Counted from the first letter of the stretch, positions 7,778 to 16,950 are shown. The stretch: 25,773 nucleotides of DNA from Pseudomonadota bacterium (GCA_043808895.1 JAZDEK010000204.1:1-25773); one strand, 5' to 3'. Numbers and translations are program-made. Notes: generated by a model from the letters alone, not told the origin.

Positions 7778-8782
7778 TCATTTCCTCACGTACTTGTAAT
7801 ACGCCGCACAGGTTCCTTCGCTTGAGACCATGCACGGACCAATGGGATTATTGGGTGTGCAAAGTTTTCCATAGTACTTACAATCAACTGGGCTGTTCTT
7901 TCCCATGAGTATGTTCCCACACAAACATCCTTCGGCGTCTTTGATATTTTCATTTTTGAGCTCAAATCTTTTTGCCGCGTCAAATTCAGAATATCTTTCG
8001 CGTATCTTAAGCCCGGACATTTTTATTACACCAATGCCGCGCCAATCAGTATCAACATCCTCAAAAACTTCGTTCATTGCGGCCATTGCTATGGTGTTAC
8101 CCTGTTCAGAAACAACACCGGTGTAATCGTTCACCACAACACCTCTATTTATATTTTCGTTTATTATGGAGATCGCCCTCATTACATGTTGAGGTTCAAA
8201 ACCGGCTATTACGGACGGAACGTTATAGTTCTTTATAAAATCAAAGTACCTGCTTCCTGTTACAGCACTAACGTGCCCCGGAAGAAGAAGCCCGTCTATT
8301 TTACTATCTTTATCTTCCAATATTACTTTTAGAGCGGATGGAACGGTTTTATGCATGCAAAGAACTGAAATGTTCTTTACACCGTCCGCCGCAGCTTTTT
8401 TTATTATGGACGCTATAAGGGGAGCGGTTGTTTCAAAACCAACGCCGATAAAAACTATGTTCTTACCTTTATTCTCATCAGCCACTTTAAACGAGTCAAG
8501 TGGGCTATAGACCATCTTAACGTTCTTATAATTTTGCAAAGAGTCGCCGTTACAAGGAACCTTTACCATATCGCCAAAAGTCGTGATGATGACATCATCC
8601 ATGGTCGCAAGACGAAGAGCGTTATTTATATCGCTGGAAGACGTAACGCACACAGGGCAACCCGGCCCACTTATTAAATTAACGCCTTCAGGGAGCATTG
8701 AGCGAATACCGTGGCGCGCGATACTCATTGTGTGAGTGCCGCAAACTTCCATTATATTTATTTTTTTATTTTGTAAGTTCAA
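7778..8782 (-). CDS. hypD: Hydrogenase maturation protein HypD
   Basis: CGTH, GPGCPVC, GFETT, PGHVS and the C-terminal Fe-S region ending GPCMVSSEGTCAAYY. TTG start. Confidence 0.96.
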   Translation of the reverse strand: MNLQNKKINIMEVCGTHTMSIARHGIRSMLPEGVNLISGPGCPVCVTSSSDINNALRLATMDDVIITTFGDMVKVPCNGDSLQNYKNVKMVYSPLDSFKVADENKGKNIVFIGVGFETTAPLIASIIKKAAADGVKNISVLCMHKTVPSALKVILEDKDSKIDGLLLPGHVSAVTGSRYFDFIKNYNVPSVIAGFEPQHVMRAISIINENINRGVVVNDYTGVVSEQGNTIAMAAMNEVFEDVDTDWRGIGVIKMSGLKIRERYSEFDAAKRFELKNENIKDAEGCLCGNILMGKNSPVDCKYYGKLCTPNNPIGPCMVSSEGTCAAYYKYVRK

Positions 8783-8969
8783 TCAATTCCTCTGCGTCTT
8801 TTTTTGATATCTTCTGTATCGCGAATCCCGCGTGAACAAGAACATAATCGCCAACAGCAATGTCTTTAAGAAGCATCCCCGACGCTTCGAACTTCACGCC
8901 ATTAGATTCAACGAGCATATTCTGCTCATCCATCTTTTGTATTATCTTTACCGGTACCGCTAAACACAT
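8766..8969 (-). CDS. hypC: Hydrogenase maturation chaperone HypC
   Basis: N-terminal MCLAVP and GDYVLVHAGFAI; 67 aa. Confidence 0.96.
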   Translation of the reverse strand: MCLAVPVKIIQKMDEQNMLVESNGVKFEASGMLLKDIAVGDYVLVHAGFAIQKISKKDAEELIELTK

Positions 8970-8980
8970 TACTTAACACC

Positions 8981-11170
8981 TCAAATAAGGGCTTGTCCAA
9001 AAGACACGCCAGCGTCGTTTATGGGGACGTTATTATTAAAGAATAATTTTGTATACCCGTTTTTATTAAGCTCTTGTTTCACTAGTTCAGAGAGGAGCTT
9101 GTTCTGGAAACAGCCTCCGGAAAGAGCGATTATCTCACCATTTGATCCCTTTACGGTCTGTGTGATGTAGCCTGCCACCCAAACATGGAATTTATACGCA
9201 ATTTCGCTGACCGAAACTTTGTTCTCCATATCCTTATTTAGCTCCCGGATCATTTGTTTAAAATCTATTACGTCACCCGCGGTAACCGTATATGGTGTTT
9301 TAACAACGCCTTTAAATTCTTCGGCGTACTTTTGTAAGAGTATTGCCGCCTGCGCCTCATACTCAACATTCTTTATTACTCCGCACAAAGCAGCGACTGC
9401 GTCAAATAGCCGCCCCAAAGATGATGTAAGCGGACAATTTATGCCGCTATCGATAAGTGAGCTTATTAGAGTAAAACGTTCTTTTGAGACATTTGTCGCG
9501 GTGTTAAGCCCGGACATTTTTAAAACGGAAACCGCCAATCTGTCTACCTCGTTAATTGCTTTCTCGCCGCCGGGTAAAGGAAAATATTGCAAGTGAGACA
9601 GTCTTTCGAATTTTTTATAGTCAGCACCTATTTTAAGGAACTCAAATCCCCATATGTTGCCGTCTGCTCCATATCCTGTTCCGTCGCAAATAACACAAAG
9701 CACATCTTTGCCAAGTAACCCATGTTCCCCCATTACACTTAATGCGTGGGAGTGGTGGTGTTGGATTTTGTTATATTTATCGTCGTAGTTTTTGTACCCA
9801 GGGTGCATATCTATATTAATATTTTTTGTTTTAATATTCAAAAGTTTTAAAAAATCGTTAATTTGCTCTTTTTGATAATCGTAGTTCCTTATGTCGTCCA
9901 TGTCACCTATGTGCTGGGACATATAAATTTTGTTGCCAATTCTAACAGAGAACGTATTCTTAAGTTCAGCTCCTAAAGAAATTGTACCGGCGTGGTCGGC
10001 TGCGTTGGGCGCGATCTCAAACACCGACGGCACAAAACCTCTTGCGCGTCGTATCATCTGAATGTCGCCATTAACTATCGCAGAAATTGAATCATCACAG
10101 CGATGTACTATATCTCTGTCATTTGTGAGCGCAACATCCACCATTTTATCTTTTATAAGTTCATTAACCTCAGCATCACTTATGGCTATGGGGTCGTCTA
10201 TTTTATTGGCGGACGTCATTATCAAGGCATCAACGTGGCTAAAAATAAATTTATGAAGCGGAGTATAAGGAAGCATAACGCCAAGATAGTTATTGTCGGG
10301 CGATATATTATTAAGAGCGTCATCTTTCTTTCTTAGTAGAACAATTGGAGCGGCCATGGATAAAAGAAGTTTTTGTTCGCTTTCTGAAACAACGCAGTAT
10401 TTCCTGACAACACCAATATCTTTCATCATCAGCGCAAAGGGTTTATTCCCTCTCTTCTTTGCCCGTCTTAATCTTGATACAGTTTCGTTATTAAAAGGGT
10501 CGCAAGCTATATTAAAACCGCCCAACCCTTTCACAGCGACCACCTTACCGCTCTTTAATAACTTAACGGTCTCGGTAATTGGATCACCATCAGCTCCAAG
10601 AAGTCCCAATTTTGGCCCGCACTTTGGGCATGCGTTTGGCTGTGCATGAAATCTTCTATTAGACGGGTCGTTATATTCTTTCTCACAGTCGGTGCACATT
10701 TTAAACCCAGACATGCTGGTATATCTTCTGTCATACGGACGATCTTGTATAATTGTAAACCTGGGGCCACAGTTCGTGCAATTTGTGAATGGATATAAAT
10801 ACCTTCTATTTGTCTTATCAAGAATATCCTTAACGCAATCGTCGCATACAGCTATATCTGGCGATATATCCGTTACCTTTTCACCCTCTGGCTCGCTTCT
10901 TAATATCAAAAATTCCGTTTCGTTTTTTACAGGGATCTCTTGGATATTAGATCCTGTTACTTTTGACATCCTTGGAGGATAAGTGAATAGTCTATTAATA
11001 AAATCATTCAGGACATTATCTTCTGCTTCAGCTTCTATAGTAACGCCCTGACTGGTATTAACAACATAACCTGTAACTCCATATTCATGGGCGTACTTAT
11101 ACGTTGTAGGACGAAAACCTACGCCCTGAACTATGCCGGTCACTTTAATTCTAACTCTTTTTAAGTTCAC
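8981..11170 (-). CDS. hypF: Carbamoyltransferase HypF
   Basis: Acylphosphatase domain (GIVQGVGFRP), four CxxC zinc-finger motifs, YrdC-like domain (AVKGLGGF), and Kae1-like domain (QHHHSH, DGTGYG, NDAGVSFGQ). GTG start. Confidence 0.96.
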   Translation of the reverse strand: MNLKRVRIKVTGIVQGVGFRPTTYKYAHEYGVTGYVVNTSQGVTIEAEAEDNVLNDFINRLFTYPPRMSKVTGSNIQEIPVKNETEFLILRSEPEGEKVTDISPDIAVCDDCVKDILDKTNRRYLYPFTNCTNCGPRFTIIQDRPYDRRYTSMSGFKMCTDCEKEYNDPSNRRFHAQPNACPKCGPKLGLLGADGDPITETVKLLKSGKVVAVKGLGGFNIACDPFNNETVSRLRRAKKRGNKPFALMMKDIGVVRKYCVVSESEQKLLLSMAAPIVLLRKKDDALNNISPDNNYLGVMLPYTPLHKFIFSHVDALIMTSANKIDDPIAISDAEVNELIKDKMVDVALTNDRDIVHRCDDSISAIVNGDIQMIRRARGFVPSVFEIAPNAADHAGTISLGAELKNTFSVRIGNKIYMSQHIGDMDDIRNYDYQKEQINDFLKLLNIKTKNINIDMHPGYKNYDDKYNKIQHHHSHALSVMGEHGLLGKDVLCVICDGTGYGADGNIWGFEFLKIGADYKKFERLSHLQYFPLPGGEKAINEVDRLAVSVLKMSGLNTATNVSKERFTLISSLIDSGINCPLTSSLGRLFDAVAALCGVIKNVEYEAQAAILLQKYAEEFKGVVKTPYTVTAGDVIDFKQMIRELNKDMENKVSVSEIAYKFHVWVAGYITQTVKGSNGEIIALSGGCFQNKLLSELVKQELNKNGYTKLFFNNNVPINDAGVSFGQALI

Positions 11171-11810
11171 TAATTTTCACATCCAGAAAAGCGTTCCACT
11201 CAGCAAGTGTTTTTTCATTATTAGCTGATAATTTAAAGACCACTGCGTTTGGAGCAGCCTCTTTTACTTCTTTCTCTATTACTTTAAGGTCAACTTTGCA
11301 CGCGTCAGCAAGATCCACTTTATTTATTATAACAACGTTCGCGGTCTTAAACATTGTCGCATATTTCTTTGGTTTATCTTCGCCCTCTGTTATTGAATAA
11401 ACAAGAACCCTTAAGTTCTCGCCAAGGTCAAAGCTCGACGGACAGACAAGATTTCCAACGTTCTCTATCACCACAAAGTCCAGCTTATCAATTGGGAGTT
11501 CATTCAGAGCACCGCTTATCATTCTTGCGTCAAGGTGGCATCCTCCCTCGGTGTTTATCTGTACTATAGGAATATCTAGGTCCTGCAGTTTTTCTGCATC
11601 CCTTGATGTATAAAGATCACCCTCTATGACTGCCGTCTTATATTTTCTAATAAACGACTTTAATGAATTCTGCAGCAGCGTTGTTTTCCCTGCACCCGGA
11701 GAACTCACAAAATTAACGGAATATATTTTACGTTCAGCGAGCATTCGTCTTATATCCGCTCCGACGGTGTTATTTTTTATCATTACGTTCTTTAGAACTT
11801 TAATTTCCAT
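11151..11810 (-). CDS. hypB: Nickel insertion GTPase HypB (short form)
   Basis: P-loop SSPGAGKTT, metal site GGCHL, ENVGNLVCP and NKVD. No His-rich or CxxCGC N-terminal extension. Confidence 0.96.
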   Translation of the reverse strand: MEIKVLKNVMIKNNTVGADIRRMLAERKIYSVNFVSSPGAGKTTLLQNSLKSFIRKYKTAVIEGDLYTSRDAEKLQDLDIPIVQINTEGGCHLDARMISGALNELPIDKLDFVVIENVGNLVCPSSFDLGENLRVLVYSITEGEDKPKKYATMFKTANVVIINKVDLADACKVDLKVIEKEVKEAAPNAVVFKLSANNEKTLAEWNAFLDVKISELKKS

Positions 11811-12039
11811 CGTCCACCTCTATAGAGAAAACAAAAAAGCCTTCCTCGTTTGAATCTTCATAAATGAGTTCCGCTTTTTCAAGAGCGCTCCCTTTTATAA
11901 GTCCCAGAAAATACATCTCAAAAGAATCCCGCATTACAGTATTAGGTTTACCGACGCCAAAAGTGATCTTAGTAACATGTTTTGGCGTAGCCTCTTTTAT
12001 AATATCGAAAGCGTATTGTGCTACTTTTGCCTCATGCAT
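11800..12039 (-). CDS. hypA: HypA nickel metallochaperone, minimal form lacking the zinc-finger domain
   Basis: Starts with the MHE Ni-binding motif, ends with an SIEVD strand, and lies directly upstream of hypB (11-nt overlap). It is 79 aa long with no cysteine. Confidence 0.85.
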   Translation of the reverse strand: MHEAKVAQYAFDIIKEATPKHVTKITFGVGKPNTVMRDSFEMYFLGLIKGSALEKAELIYEDSNEEGFFVFSIEVDDGN

Positions 12040-12667
12040 ATTCTTTAAAAGCTTTTATCCTGCTTCTTATAAACCATATTATCCCTATTAATATTAAGAC
12101 GCCTATCACTATGTCAGCCTCGTGTATTATGTGGCGCAGGGTGCTGTTCTTGTCGTCCCACATCTCGCCAGCTTTCATCCCGGCCCATGCGAGTAGAAGA
12201 CACCAAGGATAGCTCCCTAAGAACGTATATATATGGAATCTTGCTCTTGGCATTTTTGCGACACCTGCCGGAAATGCTATAAAAGTTCTTATAACGGGAA
12301 GCAGCCTTGCTATGAATACCGCCGCACTTCCGTATTTCTCGAACCACTTTTCCGCTGATGCGAGTTCTTTCTTAGACATTAAAATATATTTTCCATACCT
12401 ATATATAGCAGCACGTCCGCCGAGCGAGCCTATCCAATACGCGATCTCGGAACCTACGTTACATCCAATGGCACCAGCCAACGCGGCAAGCCATAAATTC
12501 ATTTTACCGGCGTAAACAAGATATCCCGCGAAAGGCATTATAATTTCGCTCGGAAGAGGAATGCACGCTGATTCAATTGCCATTAACGCGACAATGCCGA
12601 AGTATCCAAGGCTTCCAATAGTTCCGACAGTGAACACCTTAAGGAATTCTATTATTGTTTCGACCAT
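12032..12667 (-). CDS. dedA: DedA-family membrane protein (UptA/YngC-like)
   Basis: IESACIPLPSEIIMPFAGY, YWIGSLGGR...YGKY, WFEKYG..AVFIARLLPVIRTFIAFPAG are DedA signatures. Confidence 0.92.
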   Translation of the reverse strand: MVETIIEFLKVFTVGTIGSLGYFGIVALMAIESACIPLPSEIIMPFAGYLVYAGKMNLWLAALAGAIGCNVGSEIAYWIGSLGGRAAIYRYGKYILMSKKELASAEKWFEKYGSAAVFIARLLPVIRTFIAFPAGVAKMPRARFHIYTFLGSYPWCLLLAWAGMKAGEMWDDKNSTLRHIIHEADIVIGVLILIGIIWFIRSRIKAFKEYA

Positions 12668-13164
12668 TATTTACCACCCGTTGTCTCTATTATCGCAGAG
12701 ACTATTTTATTCACCGCATCATCCACGTTCTTTGTAAGTTCCTGGCCAAAACTTAATTTCTCGGGCTCTATTCCTATAACAAGAGTTTCAAATTCAATGG
12801 ACTGCGAAAGATAATCAAGCATTACAGAAAGAGGAAGCACGTGAGTTGAGAACGTAACACCTGCTATATCTTTTCTGGGGATCAATGTTATGGTCCCTGG
12901 TTTTTTTCCCGTCTCTGCGGCGTCTATAATAATTAAGTGCGTGGTCTCGAACCTTTTAATATCCGAGGTATAATTCTCTGGGGCTGTTCCGCTGGAGAGT
13001 ACCTGGATATTTTTGTTTTCATTTTTCTTGTTTTTGGCAGCTAATCTTCCGGCAGCGTAATGTCCGGCACCGTCGTCTGATTTTATCTCGGAGCCTACAC
13101 CAAGAACGGTTATTTTAGGATCTTTCGCGCCTGTCTTAAAAAATTTGAGCAGCTCATCTTTCAT
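12667..13164 (-). CDS. hycI: Hydrogenase maturation endopeptidase (HycI-like)
   Basis: GVGSEIKSDDGAG, IIIDAA and STHVLPL motifs; 165 aa; located next to a group 4 hydrogenase. Confidence 0.9.
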   Translation of the reverse strand: MKDELLKFFKTGAKDPKITVLGVGSEIKSDDGAGHYAAGRLAAKNKKNENKNIQVLSSGTAPENYTSDIKRFETTHLIIIDAAETGKKPGTITLIPRKDIAGVTFSTHVLPLSVMLDYLSQSIEFETLVIGIEPEKLSFGQELTKNVDDAVNKIVSAIIETTGGK

Positions 13165-13507
13165 TTATCTTAACTCTGAGCTTTTTTCTGTCCAGCGCGG
13201 CAAGCTCGAACTTTGGAGTAATATCCAGCGCTTTTTTGGGGCACGAATCAACGCACTGAGCGCAATATAAACACTTATCCAACTCAACTATGGCGTCAAA
13301 TGTGTCGCCGAACTTTTCTATTGTTATGGCGTTAGACGGACAGTCTTTCATGCAAAGTTTGCAGCCTATACATTTTTCGGCATAGAACAAAAGTTTGCCC
13401 CTGAATTTATCCGGCATGTTAACAGCCTCGTAAGGATACTTTATGGTCGCAGGCTTTCTTGTCAAAGAATCAATAACCAACCTAAGCATTTTTCCGGGCC
13501 TTATCAT
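13154..13507 (-). CDS. 2[4Fe-4S] subunit of the hydrogenase (NuoI/HycF/MbhN-like)
   Basis: ATIKYPY...FRG leader and two CxxCxxCxxxCP motifs. Confidence 0.92.
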   Translation of the reverse strand: MIRPGKMLRLVIDSLTRKPATIKYPYEAVNMPDKFRGKLLFYAEKCIGCKLCMKDCPSNAITIEKFGDTFDAIVELDKCLYCAQCVDSCPKKALDITPKFELAALDRKKLRVKINER

Positions 13508-14439
13508 GATAGCACTCCCTTAATAATGAGGATAAATAAAAGCTGCAAGAATGCCGCTGGAGCAAAATATTTCCAGCACGCGTTGACCATTTGATCTATT
13601 CTTAAACGCGCAAAGAGCGTTCTTCCAAGCGATATAAGAAATACAACGGCCGTTACTTTAATTATATAGAGCACAAACCCTGTTACGGGCTCCAAATACA
13701 GACCAAACGGCAAAAATACCGCGGCAATTAAAGACGCGCCAACGACCATTTCTATGTCTATTCCCATTCTAAAAAGCGCCAATAATCTTCCTGAATATTC
13801 TGTAAATGTACCGCCAACAATTTCTGTTTCGGCTTCTGCCATATCAAAAGGAACTTTTTCAAGTTTTCCAAGCAGAGCTATTATAGAGATACAAAACGCC
13901 GCGATATTGAAAAGCATAAGCTCCGGGCGCGCATCATAGAACACGGTCATTGAGCTCAGCGACCAGGTGTTTGCAAGAAGCGCTGGAGACAATACCGCCA
14001 AGAATAAAAGCACTTCATAAGAAAAGAGCTGCGTTAACGTACGCATCGCGCCGACCATTGAGTATAGCGATGTTGAAGACCAGCCGGCCAAAAAGAAAGA
14101 AACCGTTGGTATTGTTAAAAGATACAGCACAACGATAATGTCGCCTGCGAACGGGAATAAAGATGATGGATGCCACAGCGGTATATAAAAGAAAGAAGCG
14201 ACGGACGCTGTTACAGCCAATATCGGCATAAACTTAAATAGTTTCTTGTCGGCACACTCCGGGATTATCTCTTCTTTTGCTGTTAGCTTAATAAAATCAG
14301 CGAAAGGCTGAAAGAACGGAGGGCCTTTCCTGTTTTGGAACCTAGCGTAAAGAATTCTGTCAACGTATTCAAACACCAGCGCCATTACGCACAGGAACAT
14401 GAATCCCGGGAAAATTAAGATATTAAAAAGCGTCATCAT
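13504..14439 (-). CDS. Membrane subunit (NuoH/HycD/EchB-like)
   Basis: ARFQNRKGPP..QPFADFIKL.AKE, PFDMAEAETEIVGG...EYSG and ARLRIDQ. Confidence 0.94.
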   Translation of the reverse strand: MMTLFNILIFPGFMFLCVMALVFEYVDRILYARFQNRKGPPFFQPFADFIKLTAKEEIIPECADKKLFKFMPILAVTASVASFFYIPLWHPSSLFPFAGDIIVVLYLLTIPTVSFFLAGWSSTSLYSMVGAMRTLTQLFSYEVLLFLAVLSPALLANTWSLSSMTVFYDARPELMLFNIAAFCISIIALLGKLEKVPFDMAEAETEIVGGTFTEYSGRLLALFRMGIDIEMVVGASLIAAVFLPFGLYLEPVTGFVLYIIKVTAVVFLISLGRTLFARLRIDQMVNACWKYFAPAAFLQLLFILIIKGVLS

Positions 14440-14445
14440 GTAGGA

Positions 14446-15669
14446 TCACTCCCCCTTACGATATTTTTTATTGAGCTCGGTAAAATCTATTCCGCGCTCT
14501 TTTTTATACCATTCAATGCTCTGAGCCCTTAAAGTACGCCAATCAACCGTTTTTGTTTCGCCTGTAGCAAAATTATTTACTTTTATTGTCCTATCTGTGC
14601 ACGAGAAACAAGGATCAATGGCCGCTATGGCTATTGGAACGTCGGCCAAGTTATTGCCTTTTAACATAGTCGCCACTGACTGAAGGTTGGCAAGAGTAGG
14701 AGCTCTTAGTTTAACTCTCTCCGGCTTATCTGTTCCATTCGTTTTAACATAGTGAACATCTTCTCCTCTTGGAGCTTCGTACCTTGATGTCGCTTCGCCC
14801 GCCGGAACACGGCGCGGGAATTTAACAGCTATATCTCCGTCCGGGATATTCTTTACAAGCTGACGGAGAATTTTATAAGTCTCCATAAGTTCGAATATCC
14901 TAACGACCGCTCTTCCATAAACATCACAGTGATTATCTGTTATTACGTTAAAATCTACCTCGTCGTAGGCTGCGTATGGATCGTCCTTACGTGTGTCTCT
15001 GGACATGCCGGATGCTCTTCCGGTAGGCCCTACTGTACCAAGTCTTAAAACGTCCTCTTTAGATATGTAACCAACACCTGAAAGTCTTTTCACGAACGTA
15101 ATTTCTTCCGTAGATACTTTCGCAAAATATTTTGTTCTCTCTTCAAGTATGTCAACAGCCTTTGAAATATCCAGCAGTTGCTCTTTGCTAAGATCTCTTC
15201 TTACACCGCCGTAGGTATTCATGCCGTAGTTAACCCTGTTACCGCTTATAGCAGCAAGAAGGTCCATAACAACTTCTCTGTCTCTCCATGTGTACATAAG
15301 AAGAGTGTCGAACCCAACTTCGTGAGCAGCAACACCAAGCCACAATAAATGGCTGTGCACTCTTTCAAGTTCTCCAATAATGGAACGTATATATTTTGCC
15401 CTTTTTGGTATCTCAGTGTTAGCCGCGTCTTCAACAGCCTGAATAAATGCTGTTGAGTGAGAGTGTGAACAAATACCGCACACTCTTTCTATAAGATACA
15501 TGGATTCTATGAACGTTCTTGATTCAGCCGCTTTTTCTATGCCCCTGTGGTTATAACCAAGACGCATCCCAAAATCCGTTATCCTCTCGCCATCCAGAGA
15601 GATAAGAAAACTTTCAGGCTCTTTTAACGCCGGATGTTGAGGCCCTATTGGTATTTTTACTGTTCCCAT
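14446..15669 (-). CDS. Group 4 [NiFe]-hydrogenase large (catalytic) subunit
   Basis: L1 motif ERVCGICSHSH, L2 motif DPCFSCTDR, NuoD-like N-terminus GPQHPALKEP, and a 47-aa C-terminal extension after the L2 Arg. Confidence 0.95.
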   Translation of the reverse strand: MGTVKIPIGPQHPALKEPESFLISLDGERITDFGMRLGYNHRGIEKAAESRTFIESMYLIERVCGICSHSHSTAFIQAVEDAANTEIPKRAKYIRSIIGELERVHSHLLWLGVAAHEVGFDTLLMYTWRDREVVMDLLAAISGNRVNYGMNTYGGVRRDLSKEQLLDISKAVDILEERTKYFAKVSTEEITFVKRLSGVGYISKEDVLRLGTVGPTGRASGMSRDTRKDDPYAAYDEVDFNVITDNHCDVYGRAVVRIFELMETYKILRQLVKNIPDGDIAVKFPRRVPAGEATSRYEAPRGEDVHYVKTNGTDKPERVKLRAPTLANLQSVATMLKGNNLADVPIAIAAIDPCFSCTDRTIKVNNFATGETKTVDWRTLRAQSIEWYKKERGIDFTELNKKYRKGE

Positions 15670-15670
15670 T

Positions 15671-16147
15671 TTACTTTCCCCCTTTGTCGAGCATGTCAGC
15701 TGTCCAATCTTTTCTTAAAGGATACTGACCGTCCGGCCAACCGTCTGGCAGAGGATATCTGTGGCCTTCCGGAAGACCCTGAACTTTCATTCCGAACATA
15801 TCAATAAGTTCTCTTTCATATAGTATCGCTCCGGGAAATGCGTCGCCTATTGAGTTAAGCACCGGATTACTTTTAGGAACGCTTGTCTTTAGATCGAACA
15901 CAACACCTTCAAAATTGCAGAGATGATAAATAGCTGAAAGGTTCTCTCCCTCGTCCAAGCCCGTTATCATGCATATCGCTTTAAAGTCCAAATCCTTAAC
16001 AACATGATCAAAGACTTGCCTGAAATTATTATATTCAACCTCGGCAGATATGCGTCTTGCTCTTTTTATTTTCATTTTGTCTTTCATATGGCCGAATTTT
16101 CCGGCAACACTGTCCGTTATTTTTTGTTCTTTGTTGAATTCGCTCAT
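15671..16147 (-). CDS. NuoC-like subunit (EchD/MbhK-like)
   Basis: ITGLD...YH, YERELIDMFGMKVQG.P and YPLRKDW. Confidence 0.92.
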   Translation of the reverse strand: MSEFNKEQKITDSVAGKFGHMKDKMKIKRARRISAEVEYNNFRQVFDHVVKDLDFKAICMITGLDEGENLSAIYHLCNFEGVVFDLKTSVPKSNPVLNSIGDAFPGAILYERELIDMFGMKVQGLPEGHRYPLPDGWPDGQYPLRKDWTADMLDKGGK

Positions 16148-16605
16148 TTTGATTCCCTCCGTTTTTTGCGCTCCCCTTCCTCGTAACTTGTGAGAAGTTT
16201 CACAACGCCGTCTATAATGGCTTCAGGACGAACAGGACATCCGGGGATGTACGCTGCGACCGGAATTGTAGAATCAATGCCGCCTTTCACGTTATAACAA
16301 CCGTTAAACACTCCGCCGGAAGACGCACATGTTCCTACAGCGACCACGAATTTGGGGGATGGCATTTGCTCGTATATCCTGACCAATCTTTTTTCTATCT
16401 GTCTTGTCACAGGCCCTGAGCATAAAAGAACGTCCGCGTGTCTTGGTGTACCTTTTAACAGCACGCCAAATCTTTCAAGATCAAATAGCGGTGTAAGTGT
16501 GGCAACTATCTCTATATCGCAAGCGTTACAGGCACCAGTATTAAAGTGGATGACCCACGGGGATTTTGTTCTAGACCATGTTACTAATTTATCCACAATC
16601 TTCAC
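16144..16605 (-). CDS. Group 4 [NiFe]-hydrogenase small subunit (NuoB/EchC/MbhJ-like)
   Basis: SPW...GACNACDIE, PRHADVLL..GPVT, GTCASSGG and IPGCPVRP: four cluster-ligating Cys. GTG start. Confidence 0.95.
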   Translation of the reverse strand: MKIVDKLVTWSRTKSPWVIHFNTGACNACDIEIVATLTPLFDLERFGVLLKGTPRHADVLLCSGPVTRQIEKRLVRIYEQMPSPKFVVAVGTCASSGGVFNGCYNVKGGIDSTIPVAAYIPGCPVRPEAIIDGVVKLLTSYEEGERKKRRESK

Positions 16606-16612
16606 TTGATGT

Positions 16613-16942
16613 TTACCTCCTGAACAATATCAAAAGACCTATTATCGCGCACACAACGTACAGAGCCGGAACAAATACATCGCTCATGCTCGACGGATTT
16701 GGAGCCGTGGCTATTACAAGAGCGACCACGTGCATGATCGTGAAAAAGAAAGCGAACGGAAAGAACTGTCTGTAATCCGGCTGCACCCTGTGGTCAGAAA
16801 CGTCTTCGCCGCAGGCATAGGCTTTATTCTTTCCAGGCTCGTCTTTTCCCTGAAAGGCCAACTTCTTCATAAAGTAAGCTTGAATGGAAACAACGACCAA
16901 GATAATAAAGAATACAATTGGCGGTAAAAGAAGATAATTCAT
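16613..16942 (-). CDS. NuoA-like membrane subunit (3 TM)
   Basis: First TM helix, a loop containing KNKAYACGE (equivalent to NuoA YECG), then two further TM helices. Confidence 0.8.
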   Translation of the reverse strand: MNYLLLPPIVFFIILVVVSIQAYFMKKLAFQGKDEPGKNKAYACGEDVSDHRVQPDYRQFFPFAFFFTIMHVVALVIATAPNPSSMSDVFVPALYVVCAIIGLLILFRR

Positions 16943-16950
16943 GCTTTCAC

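Noticed and set aside
7773-7835. Extended hypE start at 7835
   Set aside because: It lies inside the conserved hypD C-terminus. HypE homology starts at MDKVTL (7772).
11800-12039. hypA as a pseudogene
   Set aside because: The frame is intact, both termini are conserved and it is coupled to both neighbours. A streamlined variant is more likely, though unproven.
14446-15669. [NiFeSe] hydrogenase or selenocysteine recoding
   Set aside because: All four ligands are ordinary Cys codons and the ORF has no in-frame TGA.
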